Shown here one piece after another: positions 45,586-56,728 of a stretch of 64,000 nucleotides of DNA. The first letter of the stretch is position 1; each line of letters starts with the position of its first letter. The translations under genes were made by a program, and so were the position numbers. Location: positions 64,001 to 128,000 of the IMG/VR virus record IMGVR_UViG_3300001199_000005. The stretch is one strand, 5' to 3'. The stretch is from a virus. The notes under the pieces are model-generated. The model searched no databases. It was not told where the DNA came from and saw nothing but the letters and a program-made list of their open reading frames with translations.

Positions 45586-46277
45586 GAATAGACCGTCCTA
45601 GGATGAATAAGGTTTCATTTAAAGCAGTCCTTGAAAGACTAGATTTAATTCATGGAATACATGTAAATGAAAATTATGCAATAAATCTAGGGATGATTGC
45701 TTGGGACAAAATCGGCAATAAAGAAACTGACATTTACAGATTAGCTACAACAATAGTAGACTGTAAAGCAACATTGCCTTGTAATGCTGAATTTATTGAA
45801 TGTGTAACTACTGGTATTGAAACACCAGCAAATGCAACTGTTGACAGACTATATGAAAACTTCTTACAAGATGAAGATTTTCAAAAACCATTTAGACATG
45901 ATTTAATATTACCTGATAATAGATTTTTGAAATTTAGACATTTTGGAGAATACCTTCAATTTGATGTTGATAGTTTAGACATTCAAATAATATATAGAGG
46001 TGTTATCTGTGATGATGATGGTTTACCACTACTAACAGAGAAAGAAGTAGAAGCTATTTCTTATTATATAGCATATATAGAAAGTTATAAAAGCGCTAAG
46101 AATAATATGGCAGGTGCTGGAGAAATGATGCAATTTCAATATAGTCAATGGGATAGGCTATGTGCTGATGCTAGAGTGCCTGAAGAGTTTACTCAAAATG
46201 AAATAGATAGAATACTAGATGTCAAATTCAGCTGGGACAGAAAAATGTACGGAAAAGCCTATAAAACTTTCCGCTAA
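45582..46277 (+). CDS. Tail tubular/ring protein
   Basis: AWDKIGN, LPCN..IECVT, DDDGLP, QNEIDRILD..SWDRK. Confidence 0.65.
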   Translation: MRIDRPRMNKVSFKAVLERLDLIHGIHVNENYAINLGMIAWDKIGNKETDIYRLATTIVDCKATLPCNAEFIECVTTGIETPANATVDRLYENFLQDEDFQKPFRHDLILPDNRFLKFRHFGEYLQFDVDSLDIQIIYRGVICDDDGLPLLTEKEVEAISYYIAYIESYKSAKNNMAGAGEMMQFQYSQWDRLCADARVPEEFTQNEIDRILDVKFSWDRKMYGKAYKTFR

Positions 46278-46734
46278 GCACTACGATACTTCGCTAAATA
46301 AGAATATTGAACATATTTTTCCTAAGACTTTAAAACTAAGTTGGTTAAAAGGTAAAGGAAATATCAATAAGATTTATAAGGCTAGAACTAAACGAGATTT
46401 AGCAAAGAAGATTTTTCATATGTTTATGGCAAATCTCTTAGACCATTTAATTGAAACAGGCGATATTTTTATTCTTCCAATACCAGGACATAATTATATT
46501 CAGATTGAAGAGATGCCAGATGCAGAAGTAAGACACAGAATGCAGATAGGAACTTACCAATTTGTAGATATAATACAATCTGATTTTAAAATATATTACT
46601 TTGTGCTTAGATTTGCCTCAAGTTCAAGAACAAGTACTAGAGTAATTAGGATAGATTACAACAGATATAAGTATCTTTGTGATAAAGTTAATAAAGGTAA
46701 AAGATATTGCAGCAAATACGTGTACAGGACTTAA
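46219..46734 (+). CDS. IHF/HU-like protein of the crAss tail module
   Basis: Synteny; LAKKIF..LIETGDIFILP. Confidence 0.5.
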   Translation: MSNSAGTEKCTEKPIKLSAKHYDTSLNKNIEHIFPKTLKLSWLKGKGNINKIYKARTKRDLAKKIFHMFMANLLDHLIETGDIFILPIPGHNYIQIEEMPDAEVRHRMQIGTYQFVDIIQSDFKIYYFVLRFASSSRTSTRVIRIDYNRYKYLCDKVNKGKRYCSKYVYRT

Positions 46735-46967
46735 TAGAAAAAGTCCAAAAAGAGTTTCCAGAAGTGGATAAGAAAGCTGTACTAGATACAGTGTATATAG
46801 GACTAAAAAATATGTGTCAACTTTTAAGAAAAAGTCAAGATGTTTTTATTGACAACTCTAAAGGTAAGACACCTTATATTTTTAGATGCTTTAGGTACAG
46901 ATACTTAGATTACCATAATAGAAGAGTAAAACGAATTCAAAGACTAAGAGATGCAAAAAATAAATAA
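46707..46967 (+). CDS. IHF/HU-like small protein
   Basis: DLIEKVQKEFPEVDK..V..GLKNM. Confidence 0.5.
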   Translation: MQQIRVQDLIEKVQKEFPEVDKKAVLDTVYIGLKNMCQLLRKSQDVFIDNSKGKTPYIFRCFRYRYLDYHNRRVKRIQRLRDAKNK

Positions 46968-49900
46968 TTCATTTTCAAAAGGCATGGTTGCTGATTCATT
47001 TGAATCACTAACACAAAAAGATGTTTATACATTTGCTGCAAATGGTAAACAAATAACCTATGCTGGAAATGAATTTATTATGCAAGCAGAGGATGGTAAT
47101 GTTAGTACTGGTACAGGGCTTCCAGCTGAGCATTATCCATGTGCTGTTAAAGTTTATAATGATATTGCATATATAATATCAACTGGTGATGGGCAAGTAG
47201 CTGTAGGTTCTTTTCCAAGTGCTGACTTAGGCGGTGTAACAAGTTCTAGTGCTGGTACTTATTTAAATAACACCATAACTTTAGTAACATCTTATAATTT
47301 TATAATAGGAAGACCTATAGAAATATTTGTAGCCAATATTCAATCAAACTTTATACCAGCGTTTGAAGAACTTATTTCAGTTACTTATTTAAAAGGCCAA
47401 TCACCTGGAACAGCAACTGTACTAGGTTCTGGAATCTCTGTTAAATATACACCAGATAGTACAGAAATGTCTAATTTATATATAATAGTTGAATTCTATA
47501 CAGGACCTTCTATTGATATAACGACTAGTATTATTTCTTTTGAGCCTCAACCGTTGCAGAATATTTATAGACCCTTCTTGAACTTAACGGAATTTGTACC
47601 AGTTTACCCAACAACATTTGTTCAAGATAATTTTTCAATATTAGACCCATCTGGGTCATTCACTTTTTATAATTATTTAGGGGTAGCAACTGGCACATTA
47701 AGTATAGGTGACCAAATAACAGTTAATCTACTTGGTGGGTATAGTAATTTAAGTACTGTATTATATCTTAAACGGCATGCTGGACTTGGTCCTGATAATA
47801 TTGGATATGCCCCTGGAAGTATAATACAATTTGGAACTTCTAAATTCGGCACAAGAACTACATTCCCACTTACAGATACAATCAATTTATCAAGTACAAC
47901 AGTTGGTTTAGTTTTAGCTGATATAGATTATAACCCATCTACAAAGACATTTAACCCGAATAAATTACACCTATTATCTGGCGGTTATACTAATTTAGTT
48001 CCTTTTATTGGCGAAAACTTAGCACCAAGCGGTTCTAATGTTAAACGCTCATGGGATATTGAATTGCAAGAGTCTTTCGATAATTCTATAAATGTTATTT
48101 GGGCAGATGGGGTTAATCCAACTAGATTAGTTAATTCTAGATTTAAAGTAAAAAATAATTTAATTGAAGTTGCTGATAGAACAGGAACTAGTGATTCAAA
48201 TATTTATCAACCATTAAATCTTGACAAACAAATTGAACTTACTAAAACATATTCAGGAATTCCTGAAATAACAGATTTTAGTGTCATAGATGGTGGTCAA
48301 TTACCTTCAGGATTTTATACAGTTTACTTCAAGTATGCAACTCAAGACTTAGATACAACTAATGTTATAGAAGTTACTTCTCAAATAGCTGTATTTAAAG
48401 GTTCAGGTTACACAATGACAGGTGAACCTAAAAGTGCTGGAAAAAGTATTACTGTTTCTTTAGCAAACTTAGATACTAATTACAGATTTTTAAAAGTTTT
48501 TTATAGCTATAACGCAGCTGCAACTGGGGCAGTGGCAACACCGCAACTTTTTGAATTAACAAATCTATTTAGTTTCTCTGGTACAACTTCTACAATCACA
48601 ATTAATGGGTTTGAACCTACTTTAGTGGCTGATAACTCATTGGTTAATATAGAGTCTTATTCATTAGTACCAAAGACTATTACTCAAGTAAAGAATAGAT
48701 TATTTGAAGCTAATATTAATAACTCGTTTAATAATAATGAAACTTTAGCTCTTTTAGCTAGAGAGATTACAATTAACTTAGAAACAACAAGAATTGGACA
48801 AGCACCAAATGTCACAGATTGGGAAGGAAATATAAAAGCTAATCCAAATGCATATGAATTGCACAGAAGTGTTAACGGTCTCTATTACAAAACAGGACTT
48901 CATGGCGGAGAAACTTACAGATTTGAAATTGTTTTTATAAAGACCAATAAAGAACTTACTCCTGCTTTTCCAATATCTGGTAGAGATGATGCTGACCCAT
49001 TATATTTTGGACAATTATACTCAGCATTACCGTTGCCGACAGAGGCTAATGATTATTTTAATACAACAGGGGGATACAATTATCACGGTATATATAGACC
49101 GCCGTTAGTTACAGGGCTAAACGATGATGAGTTGTATACTGTGAAATTTAACATTCCAACAACAACAGTAGATAAATTACCGTCTGATATAGAAGGTTTC
49201 TTTTTCGTTATGGCAGATAGAATTCCTAATAAAATTCTACAAGGAAGAACATTTCCAACATTACGAATACCGACAGTTTCACCAACAGATTACTTTCTTA
49301 CAGATAATCCAAATGAAATGGCTATATCACCTCTTGCTGGTATAGCTGATGCTGATTCGCAGGCTTCTTTTTATCCGCTTGTCAATTTATATATTCCGAC
49401 AGAAGGTTCTGATAGTACTGGAGATAGTATTAAACAACAAAATGGTGGCTCAACTGTGGTTGAAACAGCGCAAGGAATATTTTTAGGTTATGATGAAGCT
49501 CTTCTTCCTAGAAGTACTGAATGGACATCATTTAAGAAGCTAGCCCTATATTCACCAGATTTAGTTTGTAACCCAGGTTATTTTAGTGATTTATTAAAAA
49601 ATACAGAAATAGTAGCAAAAAGATTACATTACTATAACGATTTAGGTATAAATATTAACGGTGATAAACTATATGGACAAACTCCTGATGGTAATGGTAC
49701 TGTGCCTGGACCGACAAATGAACGTCATGCTTTCTTTTCTAAACTTAACTCAAGTACTAACTATGGAGTGTTAGCTGGATATTACTTCTATGATACTATG
49801 TTAGGAATAGTAGAAAGTTTTACAACTCCTTTAGTATTAGGGAATAGAGCGAATTCAATTAGTTCTAATTCTCAATCAACATCTACAAGTTTACAAAATA

Positions 49901-51825
49901 CTAGTTTTACTGCTAAAGCTGCTTACGTTACAAGAGAAGCAACTGCACCTAACCTGGGAAGATTTAGTTCTAGTATGTACAGACCAGATAATGAGGGCTC
50001 TTTACTAGTAGTCAACTCAACTTGGAAATCAGTGGCTAGAGCTAGTTTTGATAACTATATTGGATTAACAAGTACAACTAATCTGACAGATTTTTTATTT
50101 CCTTTTGCAGCAAAATTACATAATTTCTCTACAACAGTTAATTTATATCCAGAAGGTGGTCATTGGTCAACAGCAATTGTCAAAAGTATTCACTTAAATT
50201 TAAGTAATCTTGCTTTTACAGCTATAACACCTAGAATTTCTGTAGCTAAATGGAAAGCAAAAGCACCTGCTTTATCTAATATGTTAAGACATTATGGTGG
50301 AGATTGCTATAAAATGATTAGTGCAAGTAGAGTATTTGCAGGAACTCAATCACACCCAGAAGATAGCACAGCTACTTTAACAGTGCCATCTAACAATACA
50401 GCCCTTGGTTACTATCCTAATAATGCAGCATTAGTTTATATGCTATGTGAATCAGATAGACACCCAGGATTTATGTACGAAGAGGAAAGGTTTATTGAAG
50501 AAACTATAATTTACGGTAATAAAAGACCTGTGTTTCCAGCTACAACTGAAAATCCACAACAAAGGTCATTACTATTAGCTCAATCAGAGGCTTATAATGA
50601 CGGTGCAACTAACCCTAAATCGGTTAAATTTCAAACAGGATACGATTCTACTATTCCAGCCCTTAGCGATAACTACAGAAATAGAGTACATTTTTCAGAA
50701 TTAAATGTTCCAGGACAGTTTAATAACGGTTATAGAGTATTTAATACATTAAATTTCTTTGATTATCCATCGGATATTGGCCCAATTACAGCTATAAGAA
50801 ATATAAATGGTTATTTAGCTATTGTTTGTACTAGCGGCATTATTATGACAGGTGTAAATGAACAAAGTGCTATTAGTAATAACTCTGGAGGTTCTGTTTA
50901 TATTGGTTCACCTGATATACTTGGACAAAACTTTAGTTATTTATCAAGACATCTAGGCTCTAAATGGATAGGTTCAGTGATACCATCAAGGAATTATATC
51001 TATTTTGTAGATACTATTACTAGTAAGGTAGTAAGATTCTCTTCTCAAGGTGTTCAAGTTCTTAGTGATTTCAAAGTTGCTAAGTATATTACTGAAATGT
51101 CATCTAAGTATAGTAATGATACTAATAACAAAGAAGTATTATCATTCTTTGATAATGTTAATAATAGAGTTTATTTTATATTTACTGACAAAACAGTGGG
51201 TACTCAACAATATAGCACCATCATAGATGGTCAAACTTTCACAACTGCATTTTTACCGAATAGTCCTGACCAATTATCTATAAGTTATAATGAATCTACA
51301 GAACAATGGGGCACAGCTCACGAGTTTATAGCAGCTGCATTGTTTTATCTTAATGGTAAAACTTATACTTTCCCTGTAGATGGAACTTCTATCTATGAAC
51401 ATAATAAACAAGCACTTTTTGAATACTATGAACAACCAGCAGCCTTTGAAATAGAGTTTGTGGCTGCCGATAATCCTACTCTTCATAAGATATTCAACAA
51501 TCTAATACTTGTTGGCAATGATAAGTTGCCAGAATTTATAGTTTTTCATAATGATGAAGAACCAACAGTCTTACTTCAGACTATAAGCGATATGAAAACT
51601 AATGGAAGACTTTATGGAAATACACATAGAAAAGAAGGAAGTACATACATAGTACTTCAGAAAGAAGGAAACCTACGAATTATAGATACTTATGCTAATC
51701 AACCTTTTACAAAGCAATTTATTAAGAGAATTCGTGATAAATATACTAAAATTCGTGTTATTTATAAACGTGGTGAGAAACCAACACTTCTTGCTGCTAT
51801 TACAGACTATACACCAAGTTACTAA
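46951..51825 (+). CDS. Tail stabilization/muzzle protein (P22 gp10-like)
   Basis: 1624 aa; NSFSKGM start, DGVNPTRLVNSRF, KRIRDKYTKIRV.Y end. Confidence 0.75.
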   Translation: MQKINNSFSKGMVADSFESLTQKDVYTFAANGKQITYAGNEFIMQAEDGNVSTGTGLPAEHYPCAVKVYNDIAYIISTGDGQVAVGSFPSADLGGVTSSSAGTYLNNTITLVTSYNFIIGRPIEIFVANIQSNFIPAFEELISVTYLKGQSPGTATVLGSGISVKYTPDSTEMSNLYIIVEFYTGPSIDITTSIISFEPQPLQNIYRPFLNLTEFVPVYPTTFVQDNFSILDPSGSFTFYNYLGVATGTLSIGDQITVNLLGGYSNLSTVLYLKRHAGLGPDNIGYAPGSIIQFGTSKFGTRTTFPLTDTINLSSTTVGLVLADIDYNPSTKTFNPNKLHLLSGGYTNLVPFIGENLAPSGSNVKRSWDIELQESFDNSINVIWADGVNPTRLVNSRFKVKNNLIEVADRTGTSDSNIYQPLNLDKQIELTKTYSGIPEITDFSVIDGGQLPSGFYTVYFKYATQDLDTTNVIEVTSQIAVFKGSGYTMTGEPKSAGKSITVSLANLDTNYRFLKVFYSYNAAATGAVATPQLFELTNLFSFSGTTSTITINGFEPTLVADNSLVNIESYSLVPKTITQVKNRLFEANINNSFNNNETLALLAREITINLETTRIGQAPNVTDWEGNIKANPNAYELHRSVNGLYYKTGLHGGETYRFEIVFIKTNKELTPAFPISGRDDADPLYFGQLYSALPLPTEANDYFNTTGGYNYHGIYRPPLVTGLNDDELYTVKFNIPTTTVDKLPSDIEGFFFVMADRIPNKILQGRTFPTLRIPTVSPTDYFLTDNPNEMAISPLAGIADADSQASFYPLVNLYIPTEGSDSTGDSIKQQNGGSTVVETAQGIFLGYDEALLPRSTEWTSFKKLALYSPDLVCNPGYFSDLLKNTEIVAKRLHYYNDLGININGDKLYGQTPDGNGTVPGPTNERHAFFSKLNSSTNYGVLAGYYFYDTMLGIVESFTTPLVLGNRANSISSNSQSTSTSLQNTSFTAKAAYVTREATAPNLGRFSSSMYRPDNEGSLLVVNSTWKSVARASFDNYIGLTSTTNLTDFLFPFAAKLHNFSTTVNLYPEGGHWSTAIVKSIHLNLSNLAFTAITPRISVAKWKAKAPALSNMLRHYGGDCYKMISASRVFAGTQSHPEDSTATLTVPSNNTALGYYPNNAALVYMLCESDRHPGFMYEEERFIEETIIYGNKRPVFPATTENPQQRSLLLAQSEAYNDGATNPKSVKFQTGYDSTIPALSDNYRNRVHFSELNVPGQFNNGYRVFNTLNFFDYPSDIGPITAIRNINGYLAIVCTSGIIMTGVNEQSAISNNSGGSVYIGSPDILGQNFSYLSRHLGSKWIGSVIPSRNYIYFVDTITSKVVRFSSQGVQVLSDFKVAKYITEMSSKYSNDTNNKEVLSFFDNVNNRVYFIFTDKTVGTQQYSTIIDGQTFTTAFLPNSPDQLSISYNESTEQWGTAHEFIAAALFYLNGKTYTFPVDGTSIYEHNKQALFEYYEQPAAFEIEFVAADNPTLHKIFNNLILVGNDKLPEFIVFHNDEEPTVLLQTISDMKTNGRLYGNTHRKEGSTYIVLQKEGNLRIIDTYANQPFTKQFIKRIRDKYTKIRVIYKRGEKPTLLAAITDYTPSY

Positions 51826-53024
51826 TGGATAAATATAATAAATTAAGAGAAATAACAAAACTACAAGGAGGAGCACCAATAGCAAGTTCAGCAGACTCAG
51901 CAGCCTCATCACGAGGCGCAATGACAACTGATGCTGGTAAACAACAAAGTAAAGCTGCAAGTAATTTTGGCGGCGGAATATGGGGTGCTATGATAGCTAG
52001 TTCTGTAAAAAGTCTTGAGGGTCGTAAAAATGAACTGGATGAAGCAACAACACAAAAAGAAAAAAGTGATGTAGCTTACAGAACACTGTTTGGAGGCCCA
52101 ATTGCTGATAAAATAACTAAGTTTACTCAAAAAAAGTCAACAGGAGCTTTCGGCGTAGAGAAAGTAGATAATAGTAAATTTGGGGCCTGGTATTCAGGAA
52201 AAAGAGCTAATCAGAAACTTAAAGATACTTATTCAGCAGGCGTAGATAGAGCAAAACAAACCAGATTAGATGACATAAATGCTCAAACCGCTGCTATGTA
52301 TGCAAAGAAAGGTATAAAACTTAAGAAAACTAAAGATAAAGAACCAGAATTAAGAATAGTCAATCCTGGGATAAAAATTCATAACATTGGTTATATGACT
52401 AAGTCCTGGAAACCAGGTGCAACACTTGCTAAACATGGAACTAAACTTGAACATAAATCTTGTGGTTGCGGCAGTCACGGTGATATGTTAGAAAAATTAG
52501 ATGGCGGAACTATTAATCTTATCAGAAAGACAATAGGTATGGGTGAAGGTCCAGTGACTAAACGATTTGCAGATACTATTCTAAAGGATGCTGGTTCTGA
52601 AAAAGGAATATATGATTTTCTACAAAAATTACTAAAAGACTATCCAAAGAATCAAGAAATAGTAATTAAAGTTGCCAAAGAAGGTGGTAACATACAACCT
52701 ATTTTTAAATCAGGTGGTAAGATAAAAGACCATAGAGTACTTACAGGTGTATACCATTCACAAAAAAACAATCTTGACTTAGAAGTTACCAAAAAAGGTA
52801 TTCCAGTAGTCAGTTTTGAAGATGGTGGAGAAGTCACTCAACATGCTGAAGTTGAAAAAAATGAATTAGTTCTTAATAAAGAAGCTAGTGAAACAATCGA
52901 GAAAACAGCAGAACTCATTGAAGAGTTACCAGAGGAAAAAGAAGATGAAATGCTTCTTAGATTTGGTAAATGGTTAGTAGTGCAGCTACTTAAAAATACT
53001 GAAAATTTAAAAGCAGTTAGTTAA
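51825..53024 (+). CDS. Virion cargo/ejection protein
   Basis: KxGG/QxGG motifs; GVYHS..KGIPV..AEVEKNEL. Confidence 0.6.
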   Translation: MDKYNKLREITKLQGGAPIASSADSAASSRGAMTTDAGKQQSKAASNFGGGIWGAMIASSVKSLEGRKNELDEATTQKEKSDVAYRTLFGGPIADKITKFTQKKSTGAFGVEKVDNSKFGAWYSGKRANQKLKDTYSAGVDRAKQTRLDDINAQTAAMYAKKGIKLKKTKDKEPELRIVNPGIKIHNIGYMTKSWKPGATLAKHGTKLEHKSCGCGSHGDMLEKLDGGTINLIRKTIGMGEGPVTKRFADTILKDAGSEKGIYDFLQKLLKDYPKNQEIVIKVAKEGGNIQPIFKSGGKIKDHRVLTGVYHSQKNNLDLEVTKKGIPVVSFEDGGEVTQHAEVEKNELVLNKEASETIEKTAELIEELPEEKEDEMLLRFGKWLVVQLLKNTENLKAVS

Positions 53025-53025
53025 T

Positions 53026-53727
53026 ATGGAATTAAGTAAAAGAGAACTAGTGAGGTTAGAAGCTTTAAAAATAGCTAAATTGCAAAAAGGCGGAAAAGTA
53101 AGAGGTAATACTATGCAGAAAGCGCCTAAGAAGGCTAACAAAGATAATTTCTTTGAACATACTTATAATGGTAAATCATATAAAGTTATGGAAGAATTAG
53201 GTATAGATGGAAATTATCAAACAGTAGCTATTGATTCAGAAGGTAAACGCGCTGATGCCGAAACTTCTAAAATGATTGAAACAGATTACTATAAAGACTC
53301 AGGTCTTGGTGACCCGGCGGTAGTAGAAAGAACTGCTTTTTATCTAGGTCAAGAAAGATTAGGTAAAAAACTAGAAGCAATGATGGCAGCAGTAGAAAAG
53401 AAAGCGGAAAAGAAAGCTGAAACTAAAAAAGCAGAAGAACTTCCAGTGAGTCCAGAAGAGATAGGTTTTCAAGCTCCGACTAAACCAGAAAAGAAAGAAG
53501 CGCTTATAGAGCTTCCAGGTGATAAAACTTGGATTTATAAAGTAGTACAAGATGGTGATGATGTTCAAGCCCTAACTGCTCGCAGAACAAATCCAAATCA
53601 ATGGGCTGATATTACTAATAACGAGATTGCTATGGAAATAATTAATTTTGCAGCTAAACAGCAAACTTCTTCTAACCCTGGACAATTATCCAATAAAGCA
53701 CAAACATACATAAACTCAGTTAAATAA
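53026..53727 (+). CDS. Putative cargo protein
   Basis: KLQKGG motif; GDKTW..W.DITNN domain shared with the TopIB fusion. Confidence 0.6.
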   Translation: MELSKRELVRLEALKIAKLQKGGKVRGNTMQKAPKKANKDNFFEHTYNGKSYKVMEELGIDGNYQTVAIDSEGKRADAETSKMIETDYYKDSGLGDPAVVERTAFYLGQERLGKKLEAMMAAVEKKAEKKAETKKAEELPVSPEEIGFQAPTKPEKKEALIELPGDKTWIYKVVQDGDDVQALTARRTNPNQWADITNNEIAMEIINFAAKQQTSSNPGQLSNKAQTYINSVK

Positions 53728-54006
53728 GTGGAAGAATTAACATTAATACACGGGATAACAAGTCTTGGACCAACTAGTATACTTGGATTTATAACTTATA
53801 CTCTTTGGAAAGCGTATAGAAGTGAATTAGAGTATAATAGGGCACAGGATAAAGCAAATTTAGAATCATTAAATGATATGTCTAAGGTTCTTGACAAGTT
53901 AGCAGTTAGAGATTCTTCCGTAGTAAGTAGTATAGACAGTTTAAAAGTTTTAATAGATGAGCGTACTAAAGTTATTCTGGAGCATCTTCGTGGTAAAACC
54001 AATTAA
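53728..54006 (+). CDS. Putative holin-like membrane protein
   Basis: Single N-terminal TM followed by coiled coil. Confidence 0.45.
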   Translation: MEELTLIHGITSLGPTSILGFITYTLWKAYRSELEYNRAQDKANLESLNDMSKVLDKLAVRDSSVVSSIDSLKVLIDERTKVILEHLRGKTN

Positions 54007-54086
54007 GAAAGAAACTGATATATCAGAAGCTAGAAAGAAGGTAAAAGACAAGTATAGAGTAGTCTTAGACATATTACATAATTCAA

Positions 54087-55121
54087 ATGAAAGTAATACT
54101 GAACGGTGTTGAGTTATCACCAGTAATTAAAAATACAGAAGAAGGTAGAGTAGAAACCTTTGCTAATATTGATACTACTAAACTAGCAAATGATTATTCA
54201 AAACTTCTAGTTTGGGATAAAGAAGATTATTATTGTATTTGGATGAAAGAAACTCCTATTAAATTATTTATTATATTTGTAAATAATAAAAATATAGTTA
54301 CAGATGTGATAGAAGGAGTTCCAAATAATACTCAGTGTTTATACCCATCTGAACCAGTTAATAAAGTATTAGAAATAAGACCTGAATTAGGTCTAAACGT
54401 TAAACCAGGAGATATATTGCAAATGGCAGAAAAGAAACAAGAAGGTGGCATTATAATTAAGCTTACTGCTGGTACTGAACCAACAATGAATTATAATATA
54501 AGTAGTGAATTACTTGAAGAAGTAAAAAAACTACTTACTAATCCAAAATTAGAAAAACAAGAAACAACTGTTACTATTCAATCAGAAGAAGGCAAGATTA
54601 CATCTAGTCCAGAAGGAAAACATCTATCAACAGAATTAGAAGAAAAAAAGATATTTGATTACTTAGGTAGGGCTGAAATTCCAGGAGTAACCCATACATT
54701 AGACGGGTATTCTCTTGATGAAAACAATTTCCTAGTAGAGAACAAATCAGACTCTGTTAAAGGTAAGCTTATAACACTTACTGAGAAATTTGAAGAACTA
54801 GCAGAAACTCAAGTAGGTAAAAATCTTTGGACTTATGGAATTAAGACTGAAGCTGCTAAAGAAGCAGAAGTTGAGAAGAAACAAGAAGGCGGTGTTGTGA
54901 CAGAAACTGCTATGACAATACTTGATGAGAAAGGAAAACCACAGATGGAATTGGAAGGTGGTGAGAGAATATTTTCTATTAAGGATACTAAATATTTAAT
55001 CAAACTTGCTCAAAAAGCGAAAGCATCTAAAGCTGATAGTGACTACATCAAGTTGGCTGAGGCTGCATTATTAATGATTAAAAATCAAGACGAAAGAGAA
55101 CCAGAATTTACAACTATTTAA
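54087..55121 (+). CDS. DUF192-domain cargo-like protein
   Basis: IWMKETPIKLFIIFV..VLEI..G.NVKPGD; two KKQEGG motifs; LEGGERIFS. Confidence 0.65.
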   Translation: MKVILNGVELSPVIKNTEEGRVETFANIDTTKLANDYSKLLVWDKEDYYCIWMKETPIKLFIIFVNNKNIVTDVIEGVPNNTQCLYPSEPVNKVLEIRPELGLNVKPGDILQMAEKKQEGGIIIKLTAGTEPTMNYNISSELLEEVKKLLTNPKLEKQETTVTIQSEEGKITSSPEGKHLSTELEEKKIFDYLGRAEIPGVTHTLDGYSLDENNFLVENKSDSVKGKLITLTEKFEELAETQVGKNLWTYGIKTEAAKEAEVEKKQEGGVVTETAMTILDEKGKPQMELEGGERIFSIKDTKYLIKLAQKAKASKADSDYIKLAEAALLMIKNQDEREPEFTTI

Positions 55122-55133
55122 TTTTAAACAACA

Positions 55134-55526
55134 ATGAAACAATTATTCAAATCTAAATTTTTACAAGAGGGCGGCCCTATTGATACTACAACTGAAACTA
55201 TGCCTGTTGAAGCTACACCAGCTCCTTCACCAGCTCCGCAAGAAGGTGGCCAAGGCGGCGGAATCGAAGAGGTAGTAATGCAAATTGTACAAATGGCACA
55301 ACAAGACCCACAAGCTGCTGCTCAAGCTTCTTTAGAGTTTGTTATGGTACTTGCACAACAAATGGGTTTAGCTGGACAACCAGCTGGAGCTCCAGCTGCC
55401 CCTGAAGGACAACCCGTGTTCAAAAAAGGTGGTAAACTAAAAGGCTATATGAAGGGTGGCAAATCTGCAAAAAAAGAAGATATGCCAGAAATAGATGCCA
55501 AAAAAGCAAAAAATTACAAAAAGTAA
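55134..55526 (+). CDS. Small Gln/Ala/Pro-rich cargo protein
   Basis: FLQEGG, PVFKKGGKL; followed by a terminator. Confidence 0.65.
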   Translation: MKQLFKSKFLQEGGPIDTTTETMPVEATPAPSPAPQEGGQGGGIEEVVMQIVQMAQQDPQAAAQASLEFVMVLAQQMGLAGQPAGAPAAPEGQPVFKKGGKLKGYMKGGKSAKKEDMPEIDAKKAKNYKK

Positions 55527-55531
55527 TAATT

Positions 55532-55570
55532 AAAGGGGGCAACCCTTTTAGCCCCTTTTATCTACTTTTT
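55532..55570 (+). terminator. Terminator
   Basis: AAAGGGGGC..GCCCCTTTT followed by a T-rich tail. Confidence 0.7.
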
Positions 55571-55591
55571 AAACTTTAACAAGAACTAAAA

Positions 55592-56698
55592 ATGACTAAA
55601 GAAACTTGGTTAAAAAATATTAAAAGCGTACCAAAGCATAATAGAGGTGCAGTCCTACTAGATATAGGACAGGCCACTTTACCTGCTATTGCTGGTTATG
55701 CAACAAAGAGGTTAACAGATAAGAATGTTGTTCCTGCAGCAAGATTACAAGCTACACAATATTATAATCCTACTGTAACCAATTATGGTGCAGACTTACT
55801 AAGAGCGGATAACAGATTAATGGGACAGCTAAGATTAGCCACTCCTAAAACTGCTAACGCTGCTATTAATACTGCTCAAGCTTTAGCCATTCAAGATAAA
55901 GTAAATGAGCAGCATTCAACTACTGGAGCGCAGTTAGCTGCAAACTACGCACAAAATTTAGCACAGCAAACTAATATTATGAATCAACAAGCCAGAGAAA
56001 GAACAGGTATTGCTAATCAAAATATTATTAATGCTGTAGAAGCTGAGAAACAAGAAACATTAGCTAGACAACAGGCTGATGCTGCTGCAATTAGTGGTTA
56101 TTTACAAACAGCTTCTAATCTTATGACAACTACTGGTAAATACAGAGACCAGTACGAACAAGCAGCGTTAGACGAAAATAATAGAGCTGTTCTTAATAAT
56201 ATTGAACTTAAAACTGCTGAATTAAATAACCTATTTAACTCTCAATTAAGTGCAACACCAGAACAAAATAAAGTAATAGAAGAACAAATAAGGATAAAAA
56301 GAGGAGAAATATTAGCAGAGAAAGCGAAACTTAAACACTATGACCCAAGAGTACGATTTAAGTCTGGGCAGGCAAATGAAACAGGTAGTGAAGAACAGCC
56401 TAACACAGGACAACAAATTAATATAGGTTTAACAGACCTCACCACGCGGCCCTGGGCTACAGGTCGAACAGCATTTAATCAACGCCCTGTTTATAACTTA
56501 AATACTATTTTTAATAATGCAGATAGTGTAGATAATAATAATCAGCAAACAATTTATGATATGAACGCCTTACGCGATTATTTAACTAATTTATTGCAAC
56601 CAAAATATAAAACAGGCGGTTCAATAGCAGCAAAAAATAAAGCATCTATTGCAGACTATAAAGCAAAATTGAAATGGATGAGTATAAAGCTATGCTAA
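55592..56698 (+). CDS. Ejection/cargo protein
   Basis: Ala/Gln/Asn-rich helical protein with YKTGG motif. Confidence 0.65.
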   Translation: MTKETWLKNIKSVPKHNRGAVLLDIGQATLPAIAGYATKRLTDKNVVPAARLQATQYYNPTVTNYGADLLRADNRLMGQLRLATPKTANAAINTAQALAIQDKVNEQHSTTGAQLAANYAQNLAQQTNIMNQQARERTGIANQNIINAVEAEKQETLARQQADAAAISGYLQTASNLMTTTGKYRDQYEQAALDENNRAVLNNIELKTAELNNLFNSQLSATPEQNKVIEEQIRIKRGEILAEKAKLKHYDPRVRFKSGQANETGSEEQPNTGQQINIGLTDLTTRPWATGRTAFNQRPVYNLNTIFNNADSVDNNNQQTIYDMNALRDYLTNLLQPKYKTGGSIAAKNKASIADYKAKLKWMSIKLC

Positions 56699-56728
56699 AA
56701 ACACAGCAAGAAACAGCTAAACGAATAA